DNA of 64,000 nt from an uncultured Cytophagaceae bacterium (GCA_966250325.1 CBINGY010000015.1:6368-70367); one strand, 5' to 3'; numbered from the stretch's first letter, positions 8,709 through 18,808 are shown. Notes: generated by a model not told the origin, from the sequence alone. Program-made: numbers and translations.

Positions 8709-8912
8709 TCCTTCTGAAAGAATGCAATAAATGTCATCATTTTTGAGATGTGTTTTTGGTTCAGAGCGTTAATTGAGCCAATTTGACCAATCCTTTGACG
8801 TGAATCACTATTTTATTACCTGAGCAAAGCCCATTCATTTCTATTTGCCCTATGATGGCCAATACCGGTTAAATAGGCATATTTGGGTTTTGAAGCAGTG
8901 AACCCTTCTCCT

Positions 8913-10580
8913 ATGAAACGAATCTTTGCAGCACTTTTGCTGCTCTGTGTAATTCAGTTTTCCCAGGCCCAGAAACCGGTAGTAATTGGGAAAACCGGCA
9001 AAAGAGGTCAGATTCTTTTTGAGCAAAACTGCGGCAGCTGTCATAATTTTCTTCAGGATGGGATTGGCCCGCAGTTGGGAGGTCTGGCTGCAATTTCAGA
9101 CAAAGCGTATGTACCTGGGATGATTCGGAATGCTCAGGCCATGATAGATGCGGGGAATCCGAGAAGTGTCAGGTTTTACAAGAAATTTGGGACCGTAATG
9201 CCTTCCTTTAGTCATTTGGCAGATATGGAGATTGATGCTCTGGTTTCATTTATACTTGACCAGCCGGAACCGCCTAAAATTTCATCGAAACTTGGTGCAG
9301 CCATTGAAGATCCAATTCCGCAGAAAATTCAGTCTTCGGGTCTGGTGCTTAATCTGGAGCCGGTGCTTCAGTTTCCGTTTACCAATGACCGGGAGCCACG
9401 TACACGTATTACCAAGCTGGGGCAACACCCTTTGACCGGTGAAAAAATGGTGCTGGATCTGCAAGGGCCGCTGTATCGGATTACCAGCGAAAACAAGCCG
9501 GAGGTTTACCTGGATCTGAAAAAAGAGTTTAAGAATTTCATCAACACGCCGGGACTAGCCACTGGGTTCGGAAGTTTTGCGTTTCATCCGCAGTTTGAGC
9601 AAAACGGGCTTTTCTACACCAGCCATACCGAGCCGGCAGGTACCAAACCGGCAGATTTTGCCTACGCAGACAGCATACCGGTAAAACTGCAGTGGGTGCT
9701 GGAGGAGTGGAAGACCAATGAGTTCGCGGGAAAGGAATTTAAAGGCATTTCAAGGGAGCTGTTTCGGATAGACGTGGTAACCCAGATTCACGGCATGCAG
9801 GAGATCATGTTTAATCCGTATGCAAAGCCGGGAGAGGAAGATTTCGGTTTATTGTATGTGGGTATAGGCGATGGTGGAGCTGTGGAGCAGGGATATGATT
9901 TTATTCCCAGAGGAAAAACACAGGCCTGGGGGAAGGTATTGCGGATAGACCCAATGGGCAGGAACAGCAAAAATGGTCAATATGGAATTCCGGGTAGTAA
10001 TCCGTTTGTAAAAGAACCGGATGCAGTAGGGGAGATCTACTGCATGGGTTTCCGGAATCCCAACCGGCTTTACTGGCTATCTGATGGGCGTATGCTGGTT
10101 AGTAATATTGGTCAACGGCAGCTGGAATCACTTTATCAGGTGTTTCCTGGGAGTGATTCGGGCTGGCCAGATCGGGAAGGAACGTTTCAGGTAGAAGCCC
10201 GCGGAGACATCAATTTCGTGTATGCTTTGCCTCAGGATGATCACGGATACAATTATCCGATCGCTCAATATGACCACGATGAGGGCAATGCCATCATGGG
10301 AGGTTTTGAATATCTGGGAGAGGAGATTGAGGAGCTGAAAGGCAAGTATGTGTTCGGAGAAATTGTGAAAGGGAGGCTTTTTTTCATAGACATTGACCAG
10401 ATTGAAGCCGGTAAACCCATGGAAATCAAGGAGTGGTTTGTGAAACTCAACGGCAGACAGGTGAATCTTTCAGATCTCACCAAAACCAGTAAGGTAGATT
10501 TGCGTATGGGAGAAGATAAAGCGGGGAATGTTTACCTCATGACCAAGCCGGATGGGATGATGTATCGGGTGACGCCGTAA
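8913..10580 (+). CDS. Cytochrome c domain fused to a PQQ-dependent sugar (glucose/sorbosone) dehydrogenase-like beta-propeller
   Basis: Start at the ATG at 8913 (signal peptide MKRIFAALLLLCVIQFSQAQ). Haem motif CGSCH is present. GSDH-like blocks are GFRNPNRL and YDHDEGNAIMGGF. Confidence 0.85.
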   Translation: MKRIFAALLLLCVIQFSQAQKPVVIGKTGKRGQILFEQNCGSCHNFLQDGIGPQLGGLAAISDKAYVPGMIRNAQAMIDAGNPRSVRFYKKFGTVMPSFSHLADMEIDALVSFILDQPEPPKISSKLGAAIEDPIPQKIQSSGLVLNLEPVLQFPFTNDREPRTRITKLGQHPLTGEKMVLDLQGPLYRITSENKPEVYLDLKKEFKNFINTPGLATGFGSFAFHPQFEQNGLFYTSHTEPAGTKPADFAYADSIPVKLQWVLEEWKTNEFAGKEFKGISRELFRIDVVTQIHGMQEIMFNPYAKPGEEDFGLLYVGIGDGGAVEQGYDFIPRGKTQAWGKVLRIDPMGRNSKNGQYGIPGSNPFVKEPDAVGEIYCMGFRNPNRLYWLSDGRMLVSNIGQRQLESLYQVFPGSDSGWPDREGTFQVEARGDINFVYALPQDDHGYNYPIAQYDHDEGNAIMGGFEYLGEEIEELKGKYVFGEIVKGRLFFIDIDQIEAGKPMEIKEWFVKLNGRQVNLSDLTKTSKVDLRMGEDKAGNVYLMTKPDGMMYRVTP

Positions 10581-10627
10581 CCTTGATTAAACGTTAAGAG
10601 CTCAAAGAAGACGCAGAGTTAACAAAG

Positions 10628-10658
10628 AAAAGGCCCGGGATTTATTCCGGGCCTTTTG
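10628..10658. terminator. Bidirectional terminator between the dehydrogenase gene and asd
   Basis: AAAAGGCCCGG pairs with CCGGGCCTTTT; runs of A and T flank the stem. Confidence 0.6.
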
Positions 10659-10676
10659 ATATAACTTGCAAAACCT

Positions 10677-11669
10677 TTAGATCAATCCTTTACCCAACAA
10701 ATACTCAGCGATCTGCACGGCATTGGTAGCGGCACCTTTGCGGAGGTTATCGGCTACACACCAGAGATTGAGGGTATTGGGTTGAGACTCATCGCGGCGG
10801 ATACGGCCCACAAAAACTTCGTCTTTGCCATGAGCATTCACCGGCATGGGGTACACATTATTGGCGGGATCATCCTGAACCACCACACCAGGCATGGAAG
10901 CAATAAGCTCACGCACGGTTGCGAGGTCAAAATCATTTTCAAATTCAATGTTTACCGCCTCTGAGTGACCTCCGATGGTAGGTATACGTACAGTAGTTGC
11001 CGTTACCTTAATACTGTCATCGCCCATGATCTTGTTGGTCTCTTTGATCATTTTCATTTCCTCTTTGGTGTATCCGTTTTCCTGGAACACGTCAATATGA
11101 GGAAGTACGTTGAGGTCAATTTTATGAGGATAAACCTTGGCAACGCTTTCATCGCCGTTTCTTTCTGCAAATAGCTGATCTACAGCGGCTTTACCCGTGC
11201 CGGTTACCGACTGATAGGTGGAAACCACCACGCGTTTGATTTTGTATTTATCGTGCAGCGGCTTCAGCACCACCACCATTTGAATAGTGGAGCAGTTGGG
11301 GTTGGCAATGATTTTGTCATCTGCCGTAAGCACATCTGCGTTAACTTCAGGCACCACGAGTTTTTTGGTGGGGTCCATACGCCAGGCAGAGGAGTTATCA
11401 ATGACAGTGATGCCGGCTTCGGCAAATTTGGGAGCCACAGCCAGGGACGTGCTTCCGCCAGCTGAGAATACGGCCACATCGGGTTTCATAGAAATAGCCT
11501 CTTCATAGCCCACCACGGTGTATTCTTTTCCCTTAAAGCTTACTTTTTTGCCCACAGAGCGTTCTGAGGCTACAGGAATAATTTCTGTTACCGGGAAATT
11601 TCTTTCATCCAGTACTTTGAGGATTTCGCCACCGACCAGCCCGGTAGCACCTACTACTGCAACTTTCAT
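10677..11669 (-). CDS. asd: Aspartate-semialdehyde dehydrogenase
   Basis: Start at the ATG at 11669 (MKVAVVGATGLVGGE). The active-site block IANPNCSTI is present. Confidence 0.95.
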   Translation of the reverse strand: MKVAVVGATGLVGGEILKVLDERNFPVTEIIPVASERSVGKKVSFKGKEYTVVGYEEAISMKPDVAVFSAGGSTSLAVAPKFAEAGITVIDNSSAWRMDPTKKLVVPEVNADVLTADDKIIANPNCSTIQMVVVLKPLHDKYKIKRVVVSTYQSVTGTGKAAVDQLFAERNGDESVAKVYPHKIDLNVLPHIDVFQENGYTKEEMKMIKETNKIMGDDSIKVTATTVRIPTIGGHSEAVNIEFENDFDLATVRELIASMPGVVVQDDPANNVYPMPVNAHGKDEVFVGRIRRDESQPNTLNLWCVADNLRKGAATNAVQIAEYLLGKGLI

Positions 11670-11803
11670 GATTTTTTTGTTGTAAAATGCCCCCCGACCC
11701 ATGGCAGAGCGTGTCTATTTTACAATAAAGAGAGAGGTCTATTCTCTTTTCCTGTTTTACGGGTGACCCGCTAACGGAGTTACACCTAAACTGTTACGGG
11801 CTG

Positions 11804-11811
11804 CAAAAGTA
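11804..11811 (-). promoter_or_regulatory. -7 box TACTTTTG, candidate asd promoter (implies a ~130-nt leader)
   Basis: Exact TAnnTTTG match on the minus strand between the SIR2-like gene and asd. Confidence 0.35.
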
Positions 11812-11846
11812 ATGCTTAATTGGGAAAATGGGAAGGGGTTTTTATT

Positions 11847-12947
11847 TCAATGTCGACGAGTAATTATATAATCTGATGCAGAAGGGGAACCAGTCAAGAA
11901 ATATTCAGCTGGAACATAAAAGAATGGACTTTCAACAGGAGTGATTGTATAGGGTGCTTTATTTTCAGTGAAAGTTTGCTTTAAATACCGCTCAATTCTT
12001 TGAGAATCAGCAAAATCATAACCCTGCGTGAAAACTTTGGCATCTGATGCTAAATTATGAAAAAATGCGTTGTCAATATCTCGATTGAAAGTTGGAAAGG
12101 AGTAACCAATTACGACTACATATTTAGCGTCTTCGGCAAGCTGATTAAGCATACGAATTTTTTCATCTTTGCCTTCTTCCCAAGAAAACCGGAGTGGATT
12201 TGGTTCTCTACCGGAGTTTAAATCCTCAAAAATATTTAGAAGTAATTTGATTACGGCAAAAGCACCAAAATCTGTCTTTTCAATTAGGCGTTTTGGAATT
12301 AGAGAAGAGCCATTAAGATTGATTAAAGGTAAATTAAGCAAGTTCCATTTTTCAATTACTGCTGCACTGAGATCAGGTTTTGTCGGAATATCGTTAAAGG
12401 CAGTTAGTTCTAGCTGAAAGTCGTAATTCCAAGTAATAAAACTAAAGTTTTTGGGAATTGAAGCCTTACTTTTCAATTGGTCAAATTGATTTACTGATCG
12501 AATGAGATTCTCGTATCTCCCTTCCAACAAATGATTGTAAACGGGTACTCGTAATGTAGAAACCAGCGGTTTGTATTCAATTCTGGAATAATGAAAGTAA
12601 TTGAATAAAACTGTTAGAAACAACTTGTAGTTATCATAATCAGATGTATTATTTTGATCAAACAACCTTTTGGCCAGGGTATCAATACTTGGAGATTGCT
12701 TTACAAGACTTATCCATCTGCTGCAGTGATCGTGAAAGTGCTTAAAATCATCTTTCGAGTCTATTTTAAAGATTTGGTTTGAAATATTGTTCAAGCAATC
12801 AGTTAGAAAACGATCGAAGTCATCAATTCTCTCATTAATCTTACCCACCATTGGTATGGCATTTGCACTAGCCCCAGCCCCAAAATAGTAGGTGATTTTG
12901 TCTTGAAAATTTCTGGTGGGTATCATAGCGGCCGAAGGTTTTTTCAA
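11847..12947 (-). CDS. Stand-alone SIR2-like (SIR2_2-type) domain protein
   Basis: Ordered blocks are YYFGAGASANAIP, FITWNYDFQLE, PLINLNGSS and YVVVIGYSFPTFNRDID. The track start is TTG at 12947; the first ATG is at 12926. The gene is markedly AT-rich. Confidence 0.7.
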   Translation of the reverse strand: MKKPSAAMIPTRNFQDKITYYFGAGASANAIPMVGKINERIDDFDRFLTDCLNNISNQIFKIDSKDDFKHFHDHCSRWISLVKQSPSIDTLAKRLFDQNNTSDYDNYKLFLTVLFNYFHYSRIEYKPLVSTLRVPVYNHLLEGRYENLIRSVNQFDQLKSKASIPKNFSFITWNYDFQLELTAFNDIPTKPDLSAAVIEKWNLLNLPLINLNGSSLIPKRLIEKTDFGAFAVIKLLLNIFEDLNSGREPNPLRFSWEEGKDEKIRMLNQLAEDAKYVVVIGYSFPTFNRDIDNAFFHNLASDAKVFTQGYDFADSQRIERYLKQTFTENKAPYTITPVESPFFYVPAEYFLTGSPSASDYIITRRH

Positions 12948-13091
12948 TTATAGCTCATACTATTTGTAAGCAATATAATGGGTAACCATTGATAGAAATG
13001 TATTTCGGCAAGACTTTTGATATGTACTTCAGGAAGAGCTTACGGTTTCGCTGTATACATCGGAGCCCTCAAACGCAAATAACCTGATAAC

Positions 13092-14948
13092 ATGACAATT
13101 ATACGTGCCAATCGCCTCTTAAGCTATTCTATCATTTCGGGAGCTTTACTTCTGGGAATTCATACCGAATCTGCCGCTCAGCGGAAAAAAGCCACTGCCC
13201 GAATCATTCATCCCGATTTTTTTGGAGTTACTCTGAATACGGAAAACTTTGACCACAAAGGCGGAATCAGTGCGGAATTGATTTCAAATCATTCGTTCCT
13301 AAAAGAGGAGGGAGAGCGTTTTCCGGCAGGCTGGAGCATCGTGAGAAAAGAGGGAGCGGCTGGAACAATGAATCACGATACAGAAAGGCCTCTTCATGAG
13401 AAGAATAAAGGGTATCTGGTTTTAAACAGTGAAAATCCCGGTAAGATAGGTCTTACGGTTCGTAATCGGGGCTTTGAAGGCATTTATGTACGTGAAGGAC
13501 AAAACTTTAAACTATCCTTTTATGCACGGGAAGAGCAGGGCAACAGTCTGAAGCTGGTGGCCCGTCTGGTCAATAAAGATGGTCTCATCATCGATGAAGA
13601 ACGATTTGAAAGTAAGGGAAGTGACTGGCAGAAATATGAAGCTGTATTGAGTTCGCCCATTACAGAAGGAGGAGCCTCTCTGGAAATTGGTTTGCTGAGT
13701 CGCGGTTCGCTGGCTTTGGATATGGTTTCATTAAAGCCGGCTGAAACATTCATGAATCATGGTTTCCGGGCGGATATTTCGCAGGCAGTTGCCGATTTAC
13801 ACCCCTCATTTGTGAGACTCAAAATTGGAAATCTTGCAAACTGGAAAAAAGGTTTAGGTGCACCAGAGGAGCGGGATGAGAAGTATTCAGAACCAGGCTT
13901 ATTTGAATACCTGCAGTTTTGCGAAGATATTGGGTCAGGGGCAGTTCCGGTAGTGGCTCTTGAAGGCGATAAAGCCAATGAAGACGAAACCGAAGCTTAC
14001 ATACGGGAAATCCTGGGTCTGCTTGAATTTGCGACAAGTACCGATCGCCGTTCGTCACTTGCAAAAAAACGTGCTGAAATGGGTCATGAAAAACCATTTA
14101 ATATTGCGTATCTGACTCTGGGAGACCGGGAGAAAATGACTTCAAAATCGGTTGAAAAATTTACGGCAGCTTACAAGGCCATAAAGAGAGAATTTCCGGA
14201 GATCAAGGTGATAGGTTCTGCCGGAGAATCTACAGAGGGTTCAGATTATGCTACGGCCTGGGAGATGGCCACAGATCTGCGACTTCCGTTCATGAGCGAG
14301 CAGTTACATGAAAATGCCGTATGGCTTGATGAAAACCGCGATCGCTATGACTTCTTTAACCGCAACGACTCCAAGGTGGTGGTTGGTGAATTTACTTCTT
14401 CAGCAAATGATTTGAAAAGTGCCATAACAGAAGCAGCTTTCCTTAGCAATCTGGAAAAAAACGCCGACGTAGTTTCACTGGTTTCCTATGCTCCTGTTTT
14501 GGATGAGGAAAACGGGCTTCTGGAATATGATGCGAAGGGAGTTTACCCTACAGCAAATTATTATGTTCAGCAGCTTTTTGCCTCAAATCTCGGTGATGAG
14601 TTTCTGGATCGGGTAACTTATGTAAGAGAATTTAATAAGGCCATTGCAGTAAGCTGCGTACGCGATAATGAAAGCGGAGATGTGATTGTGAAAATTTCTA
14701 ACAATGCCGATAAGGATGGGCATGTGCAAATAGACCTCAGGAGGTTATCGGTGGAAACACTGACGATGGAGCAAAGTATGATCAGAAACAAAGACGGCAA
14801 GATTGAAAATACGGTGACGAATCCGAATGCCGTGGTACCCAAACATCGCAAGCTGAAAGTGGGAGCCAGCAATTTCATGGTTGATAGCTGGGCAAATTCT
14901 TACATGGTGCTGCGTTTTTCGGGGAATAAGTCAACGGCGATGCGTTAG
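13092..14948 (+). CDS. Secreted alpha-L-arabinofuranosidase-like (GH51-like, with N-terminal CBM-like region) protein
   Basis: A signal peptide is present. GGISAELISNHSF resembles the GGLYAEL..NRSFE block of GH51-type enzymes. Family assignment is tentative. Confidence 0.6.
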   Translation: MTIIRANRLLSYSIISGALLLGIHTESAAQRKKATARIIHPDFFGVTLNTENFDHKGGISAELISNHSFLKEEGERFPAGWSIVRKEGAAGTMNHDTERPLHEKNKGYLVLNSENPGKIGLTVRNRGFEGIYVREGQNFKLSFYAREEQGNSLKLVARLVNKDGLIIDEERFESKGSDWQKYEAVLSSPITEGGASLEIGLLSRGSLALDMVSLKPAETFMNHGFRADISQAVADLHPSFVRLKIGNLANWKKGLGAPEERDEKYSEPGLFEYLQFCEDIGSGAVPVVALEGDKANEDETEAYIREILGLLEFATSTDRRSSLAKKRAEMGHEKPFNIAYLTLGDREKMTSKSVEKFTAAYKAIKREFPEIKVIGSAGESTEGSDYATAWEMATDLRLPFMSEQLHENAVWLDENRDRYDFFNRNDSKVVVGEFTSSANDLKSAITEAAFLSNLEKNADVVSLVSYAPVLDEENGLLEYDAKGVYPTANYYVQQLFASNLGDEFLDRVTYVREFNKAIAVSCVRDNESGDVIVKISNNADKDGHVQIDLRRLSVETLTMEQSMIRNKDGKIENTVTNPNAVVPKHRKLKVGASNFMVDSWANSYMVLRFSGNKSTAMR

Positions 14949-17900
14949 GGATTACTACAGCCCGTAATTTCAGCCTTAAAATATCCGCCGCTTGCCGGCA
15001 AAGACATGAAGCCTGGTTTGAGGATTACCTCGTTCCAGGCTTTATAGTTTGATTTGGATGTGCCAGTGAGGGTTTCGGTGGAGGAAATACTTCCTTTGCC
15101 CGAAATATTATGAGAACCTGAGACGAATGTTCCGGAAGTAGTAAAAACGGTGGGTCGTATTTTAAAAGCCGCCGATTCATAACTTACCGCAACCGGGTCA
15201 GTAGAAACTACCCGAAGTTTATAATGATCACCAGACGGAATACCGTGAGGCACCTGAATATTGACAGGCAAGGTGGCCGATAAGCCTGAAAGCAAAATGG
15301 TAGAATCTGCAAAATTTCCCAAAGAATCTGAAAGCTCCACGCGAAACAGATTATCAACATTATAGCTGCCGGTCACTTCCATCACCACTTTCATGATTTC
15401 GCATTGACCTACCTGTTCTTTATCCAGATTGGCAAAAATGAAAGGGTCATTGGTTTCTACATTGATCAGATAATCCTCAGTTTCGCCGGTGATGTAGGTG
15501 CCGCAGGAAGTCATGTAGGTTCCGGTTTCTATCTCGGTTTCGTCGGTGACTCTAAGTCGCAGTCGCCTAATTCCCGGTGAGGTGTTCGCCGGTACCAATA
15601 GAGAAAATGAGTAAGGATTATTTTGGACAGAAGTGTTGCCGAGCAATTCATTAACGTCTTCAAAATCCCCATCATTATTCAAGTCAATCCAAAAACCAAG
15701 ACGTTTGGCAGGAATGGTTCCTTCAAAATCGTGAATTCTGGCAGAAATTGACCTATCATTTATGCCTCCTACGATAGTTTCATTGATTTTGGTATTACTG
15801 GAATACGCACTGCCTAAACAGCCCGAGTTAAATGGACTCCATATTGCCCAAGAATTTGTTGAATAATTATAAGTAAAAACTTCCGAGATATAATGATCTG
15901 CCGAACAGCCGTTAGTATGAACAGGAATACAATAATTTACTGGGTTTCCAGCCGTTTGCACAGCCAATTTTGACATAGAAGAAAAGCAGGTTTCTCCCGG
16001 TAGTTTTGTGGCTAAATAGAGGTCATATTGAGTTCCGGCTAAAAGGCCAGTAACGATAATTGGATTTGATTCATTAGCTAGAGACAAGAGGCTGTCGGCT
16101 ACCAAATAGGGCAATCCAGAGGAATCTATACCCGTTATAAATTGCTCAAGAGTAGGAGTGGGATTACCTGACGGAACCGCTACATACCATACTTCCGCGT
16201 TTTGACTTACCGGAGCGTTCAACACAAAACCATTATTGGTTTCATTGATGGCTTGAGGATAACCGGGTAAAAATAAGGCCGACCCCTGAGTAATCTCAAT
16301 AGGCTCCGAATCTGCATGAATGATAGGAACAGCCGTATTGGTGGAAATGACCCGAAGCCGGTAACCAGTACCAGAAACGGCTGAATTTGGAATCTGGCCA
16401 TAAATGGGAGAAGTTTCTGAGCTACCGATTTTAGTGGCGTTGCTGAAGTTACCATTGGCATCAGAAAGCCAAAGCTCATACGAATTATGCTCAGAGAAAG
16501 CCCCGTTTCGGTAAAAAGTGACCTTTAAAGGCTCATTTACACATAAGGAAGTAGGGTATTTTGCATAAATAATACTGTCAGCCACAGAGCTTCTGAAGTA
16601 ATCGGTGGAATAGAGGCCGCCGTAATAAGTGGATACTATTAATTGACCGTCTGACTCTCGGTACCAAATCCGATAACGTTCAATACCGGGAATGTTTCCT
16701 GTGATTTCATTCCAGACAGGAGACTCACTCAAAAAGTTATTAGTAAAAAATACACCTTCTGAAATTGATACAAAAACCTTATTCAGATTTGCCGGTTCAA
16801 ACGCATAATAGAGGTTATATGCATTCAAATTTTGTGTTTTATGCTGCCATGTTTCGCCACCGTTCAGACTTAAATGGAGAGAGCCATATGAACCGGCAAA
16901 AATTATTTGAGGGTTGTCACGACAGACATTAAGTTGATTGAAATATAAATTTGGTAAACCTATTTCCTCATAAGTTCCAGTATTGTCAGGTAAAACAGAA
17001 ATACGATATAGATGGTTGGTTTCTTCTTCGCTGTAATTTTGGATTAAAAATTCATTCTCTGATGATGCATAAATATTCGGATAATAGAAATACTTATTTA
17101 CAAGGATATTTTCAATTCTCTCTTGGCCAGAGCCCACATCCAATACCTTAAAAAAGACTGTTTGATTGTTGATTTCGCTGGAAAACTTATAGCCATAGAT
17201 TGTATTATTTATTTCATCATAAGCCCAAGGCCCATAATAGTTGCCAAGATCGACATAGTGATCGTCAAAGTTTCCTTCCCTATCAAAAAACGATATTAAA
17301 TTACCTGACAAAAAATTCAGTCCTGGTTCATTTTTATCTGTGTATTTCGAAGCCTGACCGTAATAATCTGGGAATGAATTAATGGTTTCAAAGTAGTTTG
17401 TACCACTAAACGCCCATGGTCTTGAATTTGAACCATTGGTAAAGAGGAGCGAGTCATTAAAATTATTTGGGAAATCCAGACCATATACCCATGCCGTATT
17501 TAAATCTTTTCTTCTATCGGACGAAGAAATTTCAGAGCCAGAAAACAAGCCAGTGATTAACTCAATATCTTGTTCACCTGAAGCCACTGTTATACCGCTT
17601 GAACTTACCATAAGGTGGTTACCATAAGAATAAATAATGAAATTAGGATTTGTAAACCATGACGAACCCCCAGTAATAGAATAAACAAGGCTTCCTGAAA
17701 ACATCGCAAATTTATTAGGATCAGTTTTGTCAACATGAAAGGATACATTACCTCGAAGATTGAAGTGAACACCACTAAATAAAGGAATTGACAAATTGAC
17801 CCAGTTGTTTCCGCCATCATTACTTTTTCTAATCCAGTTAATTGAATTTTGATTATAAGGGGCTTTGGTGTTTAAAGCATATAGAACCTTATTGTTATTT

Positions 17901-18733
17901 GAATCTTTCCCTATTGCTATTTCTGTATACTGTGATTGATTAGAAAGTGAAAGTGTCATGATGTTCGTCCAAGTACCACCGGTCGGGGTAGAAGAGCGGT
18001 AGATTTTGCCGCTGGCGAGACCCACATAAATCAGACCATCATGATCAAAGGTCAGAGACGTTGCAATAGGATTAGAATCTTGCCAAAAGGTAGCTTGAAT
18101 ATCTATGAATGATTCGAATTCATTGGTACTTCTGTTAAACGTATAAACGGTATTAAATAAAGAATTAAAAGGCTCAAAACTGCAAGAAAATAATTCTCCA
18201 TGTGGATTATATTTTAAATAAAATGAATAGCTCGATTCATGAAAATTCCAGGTCTCACCACCATCGATTGAAATATAGAAATTGCCAAAAGTAGAAATTG
18301 CCATTTCCAAAGGGTTTAGTGGGTTTTGTGCAATCGAAAAAACTCTCTCGTTAACATTTTCTACTTCATGCCAGGATGAATCCGTCAGTATATCATTATT
18401 GTACCAAAGCCCGCCATTGGTTGCCAGCCAGGCCTTCTTCCCAGAGGGATCATTGGCATCAAAAAGAAAGTCATTAAAACCTTCAGAAAGAGCTTTCGGC
18501 CCTCTGGGTTTCCAATCCACCGGTAGTGAAGCCGTGGTATTTACCGTGTTTAGACTCTGATCTTTGTTATTTTTTTCTTCCGCTTTTCGCTTTAGAATCT
18601 CGGCCAGTAAGGCTTCCTTTTTAGCTTGTTGCTGAGCAAAAAGGAGAGAATCGTAGGTAACGGGATTTTGACCTTTAGCAGGAAAAATGAGTAGTGCCAT
18701 CAAGGCAATAAGTAGGAGAGAGATGTGCTTCAT
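14945..18733 (-). CDS. Very large secreted surface protein with BNR/sortilin-type repeats and a GEVED-like domain
   Basis: 1262 aa with a signal peptide. SxDxGxxW-type repeats are SIDGGETW, SNDGGNNW and SLNGGETW. The GEVED-like block reads WIDLNNDGDFED...GETEDYLINV. The gene is AT-rich. Confidence 0.85.
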   Translation of the reverse strand: MKHISLLLIALMALLIFPAKGQNPVTYDSLLFAQQQAKKEALLAEILKRKAEEKNNKDQSLNTVNTTASLPVDWKPRGPKALSEGFNDFLFDANDPSGKKAWLATNGGLWYNNDILTDSSWHEVENVNERVFSIAQNPLNPLEMAISTFGNFYISIDGGETWNFHESSYSFYLKYNPHGELFSCSFEPFNSLFNTVYTFNRSTNEFESFIDIQATFWQDSNPIATSLTFDHDGLIYVGLASGKIYRSSTPTGGTWTNIMTLSLSNQSQYTEIAIGKDSNNNKVLYALNTKAPYNQNSINWIRKSNDGGNNWVNLSIPLFSGVHFNLRGNVSFHVDKTDPNKFAMFSGSLVYSITGGSSWFTNPNFIIYSYGNHLMVSSSGITVASGEQDIELITGLFSGSEISSSDRRKDLNTAWVYGLDFPNNFNDSLLFTNGSNSRPWAFSGTNYFETINSFPDYYGQASKYTDKNEPGLNFLSGNLISFFDREGNFDDHYVDLGNYYGPWAYDEINNTIYGYKFSSEINNQTVFFKVLDVGSGQERIENILVNKYFYYPNIYASSENEFLIQNYSEEETNHLYRISVLPDNTGTYEEIGLPNLYFNQLNVCRDNPQIIFAGSYGSLHLSLNGGETWQHKTQNLNAYNLYYAFEPANLNKVFVSISEGVFFTNNFLSESPVWNEITGNIPGIERYRIWYRESDGQLIVSTYYGGLYSTDYFRSSVADSIIYAKYPTSLCVNEPLKVTFYRNGAFSEHNSYELWLSDANGNFSNATKIGSSETSPIYGQIPNSAVSGTGYRLRVISTNTAVPIIHADSEPIEITQGSALFLPGYPQAINETNNGFVLNAPVSQNAEVWYVAVPSGNPTPTLEQFITGIDSSGLPYLVADSLLSLANESNPIIVTGLLAGTQYDLYLATKLPGETCFSSMSKLAVQTAGNPVNYCIPVHTNGCSADHYISEVFTYNYSTNSWAIWSPFNSGCLGSAYSSNTKINETIVGGINDRSISARIHDFEGTIPAKRLGFWIDLNNDGDFEDVNELLGNTSVQNNPYSFSLLVPANTSPGIRRLRLRVTDETEIETGTYMTSCGTYITGETEDYLINVETNDPFIFANLDKEQVGQCEIMKVVMEVTGSYNVDNLFRVELSDSLGNFADSTILLSGLSATLPVNIQVPHGIPSGDHYKLRVVSTDPVAVSYESAAFKIRPTVFTTSGTFVSGSHNISGKGSISSTETLTGTSKSNYKAWNEVILKPGFMSLPASGGYFKAEITGCSNP

Positions 18734-18767
18734 TAAGCGGACAGGAAGTATAAGTGGTTTATAGAAT

Positions 18768-18775
18768 CAAATGTA
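18768..18775 (-). promoter_or_regulatory. -7 box TACATTTG upstream of the large surface-protein gene
   Basis: Exact TAnnTTTG match about 35 nt upstream of the ATG at 18733. Confidence 0.4.
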
Positions 18776-18808
18776 TTGAAAAAGAGTATTTGTAGGTGCG
18801 GAGAAGAA

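Noticed and set aside
11670-11846. Possible lysine riboswitch or attenuator in the ~130-nt asd leader (hairpins at 11767-11800 and 11727-11749), and the same question upstream of lysC (22499-22547).
   Set aside because: I recognise no lysine-riboswitch core. The second hairpin is a weak AU-rich 7-bp stem, and the lysC upstream gap is only 49 nt. I keep this only as a note that the asd leader is long.
13092-14948. Impression that the GH51-like protein has lost the canonical catalytic blocks (VRLKIG instead of LRFPGG; LGDRE instead of GNE).
   Set aside because: This rests on an unaided alignment from memory across a divergent protein and is not reliable enough to report as a finding. It needs a profile alignment.
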